From the NCBI GenBank assembly GCA_900088475.1, contig FLMG01000277.1, forward strand, positions 49,492-113,491: 64,000 bases of DNA, in the 5' to 3' direction. The first letter of the stretch is position 1; each line of letters starts with the position of its first letter. Under the pieces are notes generated by a model that was given only the letters and a program-made list of their open reading frames with translations, had not been told where the DNA came from and made no database searches. This DNA comes from Hyphochytrium catenoides. Taxonomy: Eukaryota; Protista; Hyphochytriomycota. Position numbers and translations under genes: made by a program. Shown piece after piece: positions 60,116-64,000 of this stretch.

Positions 60116-63100
60116 ATGAAGGAGATTATAAAGGCAGATGTCTCAAGCTCTGTCCAATGCTCCCGAGCGCCTTTGAAGGGACTTAGCTTGGAACGTCTTC
60201 CCTTACTACCCCAGAACGAGACGGAATCAGGTCCACTCTCCTGTCCAGAAAGAGGCTTCCGGGAGACGCAAGGTGAGGTCCAAGGGAATACTCTACTAGA
60301 TGATGAAGGTCGAAGGCTGGCTGAAGGACAAATAGTGATGAGGTCACAGGGCACCACGCTGGAGCATCTTTGACCTCGAACTCCCTAGGTTCACCATTCT
60401 GCATACCCCGCAATGCTCTAACCCCGAGGATAACACTCGGCAAATCTTCATCAAGAAGAAAGCTTTTGATGCAAGCGTCGAGGCCCAAGGGTGGTATGAA
60501 AAAGGAGGAATTGTTGGTTCTCTCTTTCTCAACCCACTCTTCTTATCTAACTCTCGTCACGCGGTTCTGTGCCTTGTCTTTATTTCTGCTCGCTCTCATT
60601 TACTCTGTCTCTCTTTCTAATTTGTCTCTCTCTCTCTTCTTCTCTCTCTCCCTCTCTCTCTCTCTCTTTCCTCTCTCTCTCTTTCCTCTCTCTCTCTCTC
60701 TCTTTCTCTCTTTTCTTCTACTTCCTGGGTGTGTCTGTCCCACCCCTATGATCCGTCCACCAGTTTCCCTTTCTTCTTTTCATCATTGCCATCTTTGGGT
60801 CTGTTCCTTCTTGATGCTAACGTCCTCCTTCAGATCGCGCTATAACTATGAGCTCCCCAAGCAACAGTAATGAGAGGCAGCAGATGGACGAACTGGCCAT
60901 CGATAACTGCAGCTCTGCTGAGGAAGACAGTGAAGAAGAGGCTAAGCAGACTCATGGTTCGTTACCTTGATGTTCAGGGAGTCTGTAAACATGCATTGTT
61001 TGCTCACTTAGGGTCCGCTGCCCCATTATCCCTATCTTCTCTTGGTGACTTTCGAGTTCATTTGCTTATAAAGTTGGTGCAGTCAACTATCTCTTCTACC
61101 ATGTATCACTAAGCTTGTTCCTTTATAGCGCTCCAATTTTCGGCAGACTTCTCACATGCTCGCGCCCGGTCGGCTTCTTTACTGTCTTCTCTCTTATTTT
61201 CCTAGCTCGCTTAGGGCTTCATTTTCGTAAGGCTGCCAACCTCGCCCTCAGTGAGGTCAAGTCAGCCTGCAGCAAGGTGCTGAAGGACGGCATCTTCCAA
61301 TCTAAACGGAAGCCAGGCCCTAGAGAAAGAGGAAAGAGGTCTCATGGAGGAGGTGATCTGGAGCTTACGCAACAAGCCTTTATTGTGAGACTGAGCGGCC
61401 TGAGAATCTAACCCTGTGGCCCCTATCTTGTGTCAACGTATTATGCAGCACTTTAGAGACCTTCGCTTCAAGCGACATTCTTTGGCCGCTCTATTCTGCG
61501 TCGCATTATGCCTCTGTATCGCTTTGAACAGCGTTCGGTGACAGGGTCCACTAACCTCTTTCATTGTATGAAAACCCACGATAGGAACTATCTCCTTCAC
61601 CGGTAGGAGAGCCTCTCAAACCATTAAATAATGACCGGACGCTGCAGTTGCGAAGATTGAAGCAGCGCGTAACGAAGAGAGCTTCGGATTGGCAAGTGGC
61701 GATAAGGTCTCCAACCTCTTTGCACCCTCTCATCTCTTTCCAATCCAACTAAAACATGTCCAGGTCTATTTCTTAGTTGTCTCTCGGCTCTTGATCTTCC
61801 TCAATAACTTCACCCACTACGTCTTCACTTTTTGCCTACTGACGAATGCTTCATCGCAGCATCCCACTTTCTGCAGAAGCCACTGCTGTTGAGTACACTG
61901 AAGACTTTATTGAGGAGCACCTCCGTTTAGGCTCAGAAGTCATAGCTGTTAAGGTACCTTCCGAAAAGAGCTCCTTTGTCGTCCCCTTTCTATCTCTTGC
62001 CATCATGACCACATTCACTCAGCGTGATTTCTTCCCTCGCTTCCCTCCCTCATCCACCTCTTTGTAGTATGACGGCAGGAAGGCACGTTTCTGGGGCTAT
62101 CCAGAGGACGAAGGCCTCTTCCACGATGTTAACAAGCAGTTTGGAGTTTCGCTGCAGAAGCTTCCAAAGACGATAGTTCCCGGCTATTCAGCCAAGATCC
62201 CCGCTATACTTGTGCTCCTTAAAGACCTGCTGGTTAAATGTGGAGGGATAGGTACGCTATACGCTTTAGTTCTGCCTATCCTTCACATTCCTCCGCCTCT
62301 TAAACTCTTCGAACGTTATCTGCATCCCTTTGATGTCCACATAGTTGAACGAGCTTAACGACCTACAGCCTTTACTACCGGGTTTCCTCGTTTGGTTGAG
62401 GAAACTTCTTCAGTTCTTGTGGCTTTCCTGGTTGTTTATCCCCTGTGGTCTTCCCGTCGTCTCACGCTAGCCTTTGTTCCCTCTTCCCCTCTCGGTTGCT
62501 CACTCGTTACATGTCTCTCTCTCTCCTTCTCTACCCGCATCTCTCTCTTCGCCCTTTTCTCTTCACCTACCTCGGTGGTGGCTCTGTCAATTGCTTCCGC
62601 CATGAGACAGAGACGGAGGGCATTTTCCGTGTGTCTTGCTCTCAAGAAGTCTGCGACGAAACGCGGCGAGCCATCGATGATGGAAAGTTTGAAAGCATGG
62701 ACGACTCTCACGTATTGGCTTCACTTATTAAGGTGAGAAGAGCAGCCTTCCGCACGAGTCTGAGAGCAAGTGTATAGGTCCATTGCTACGTCAGTCTTCT
62801 GCCGGATAATAACCTGTTTCACCTACCTTGCTCTCGGTCTCAGAGCCGTCTAGTCGTCTTCTGCCCTCCCTACGATCATTCTGTTCATATTGTTCCGTTC
62901 GTACCTTATTCGTACGCAACATCCTCAGTCCTCTGTCATCCCTGCCTCCTCCATCTATAGCAACTATTTCGTGAGCTTCCAGTCCGGTTGTTTGACAAGA
63001 TAGACCAGAAAGATATGCATAAGGTTGGCCAACCTTCGCACTGCGTGCAATTCTCCAACGCCACCTGCAACAATCTTTACCGCTATTCCTACCGGAGTCT

Positions 63101-64000
63101 CTCACCTTGTGTCGCTCTCTGCGGCAGGAAGCCTGTTTAGTTCGTCTCTTTTACTCCCTCTTTTCTTCTCTCTGTCAGTCTAACCCACTAACTCTGATAC
63201 CTCGCTTTTTCTGTCGATCATCGTCTAGCTTCTCACCGACGGATTCTCACGGTCTCTACTCATGTTGCCTTCTAGATATGTTCTGCAAGTGATCAAGAGA
63301 TAGAGGCTTTTATGATATGGATTGTCACCGTAAGTCCACGACCACGTTCACCCCTGGCGCTTTCTCTAGGCACTCCAGTCTCTGCTGATACACTCTTCCA
63401 ATTATTTTCTGCGTCCGTCTTTGCTTCACTGTGGCGGCGCTTAGCAGCTAGGCTAGATATCTCCAATCCCGGGTGCATCCACATCTATCCACTTACAAAG
63501 CTATCTTCTTACGTCCTTCACGCTTCTGTCTTGCCATCTGTTGTCGACACAGGAGCCGCGCAGGTCTCTTGCTCTGTGGCTAATGGACTTCATGATAGAA
63601 GTCTCTCAGCATGAGCAACTCAATAAGATGAGCCTCAAGAGTATTTGCAGGATAATGACCCCTAATTTATACAGGTATGAACTTACTGGCTGGTCCCTCA
63701 TCAGCTCGGTCTACTCTCCCGTTCTGGCAGGCTTCTGTTAACTCATCTGCCCGTGGGCTCACTTCCGTCTACTCGGCCAACTGCTCCGGTACTCTCTTGA
63801 CCCATATTGAGTGCATGGTGTATTGTGTTGACAAAAGCAATGTCTCATATGTGACCTATAAACTGAGTAAGCCACGCTCTCACGTAACACTCTTTTCTAA
63901 ACGTAGTGCCCAAAGTGAAAACCCTATGGTGGCCATGACGCGGACAGAAGAGGCGGAGGAGTTCTTCATGGCACTTATAAAATGGAGATCCAAGACATAC
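60116..64000 (+). CDS. Rho GTPase-activating protein (RhoGAP), multi-exon, 3' end off window
   Basis: Spliced exons give QFGVSLQKL..IPAILVLLKDLL..GGIETEGIFRV (arginine finger)..DSHVLASLIK|QLFRELP..LWLMDFMIEV..NKMSLKSICRIMTPNL. The start codon is tentative. Confidence 0.85.
60605..60722. repeat. Intronic (CT)n microsatellite tract
   Basis: About 115 nt of near-pure pyrimidine repeat within a RhoGAP intron. Confidence 0.9.

Noticed and set aside
1-64000. Alternative genetic code or stop-codon readthrough (CTAG/TAG look frequent)
   Set aside because: The conserved exons examined (AP4B, COX10, PUS, AASS, RhoGAP) translate without in-frame stops under the standard code once introns are removed. 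The only break is the single AASS indel.
1-64000. Introner-like repeated introns or non-canonical splice sites in conserved genes
   Set aside because: The introns I compared share no sequence beyond simple repeats, and all confidently placed junctions are GT-AG.
1-64000. tRNA, rRNA, CRISPR array or transposase/RT
   Set aside because: I saw no cloverleaf or T-loop context, spaced repeats or mobile-element motifs by eye. A covariance-model scan would be needed to exclude small ncRNAs.

Overview
This is an intron-rich, gene-dense eukaryotic scaffold segment with 8 N-gaps and CT/GA microsatellite-laden introns. The gene content is most consistent with a stramenopile-type protist, but that is an inference. 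I assembled spliced models by eye from GT-AG junctions and reading-frame continuity. In order the genes are: AP-4 beta adaptin (-, 3' end off window); CCA-adding tRNA nucleotidyltransferase (-); a PH-domain/proline-rich protein (-); a long coiled-coil protein with a CxxCxRP motif (+); an unresolved gene (+); COX10 (-); a Rieske-like/FAD-NAD(P)H reductase/EF-hand fusion (+); a small 2-TM protein ending in KKxx (-); a predicted GPI-anchored Frizzled-CRD-like protein (+); an IQ-motif protein (+); a TruA/PUS1 pseudouridine synthase (+); a plant-type bifunctional LKR/SDH (AASS, +); a zinc-ribbon protein (-); a WRKY19-like Cys/His-repeat protein (-); an unresolved gene (-); and a RhoGAP (+, runs off window). 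The most unusual item is the AIFM3-like reductase: both Rieske His ligands are lost, extra Cys give CPNC...CPLAGC, and a terminal EF-hand exon absent from the ORF track is spliced on. I recognised no rRNA, tRNA, CRISPR or transposase by eye. No database searches were run, and exon boundaries are manual predictions.
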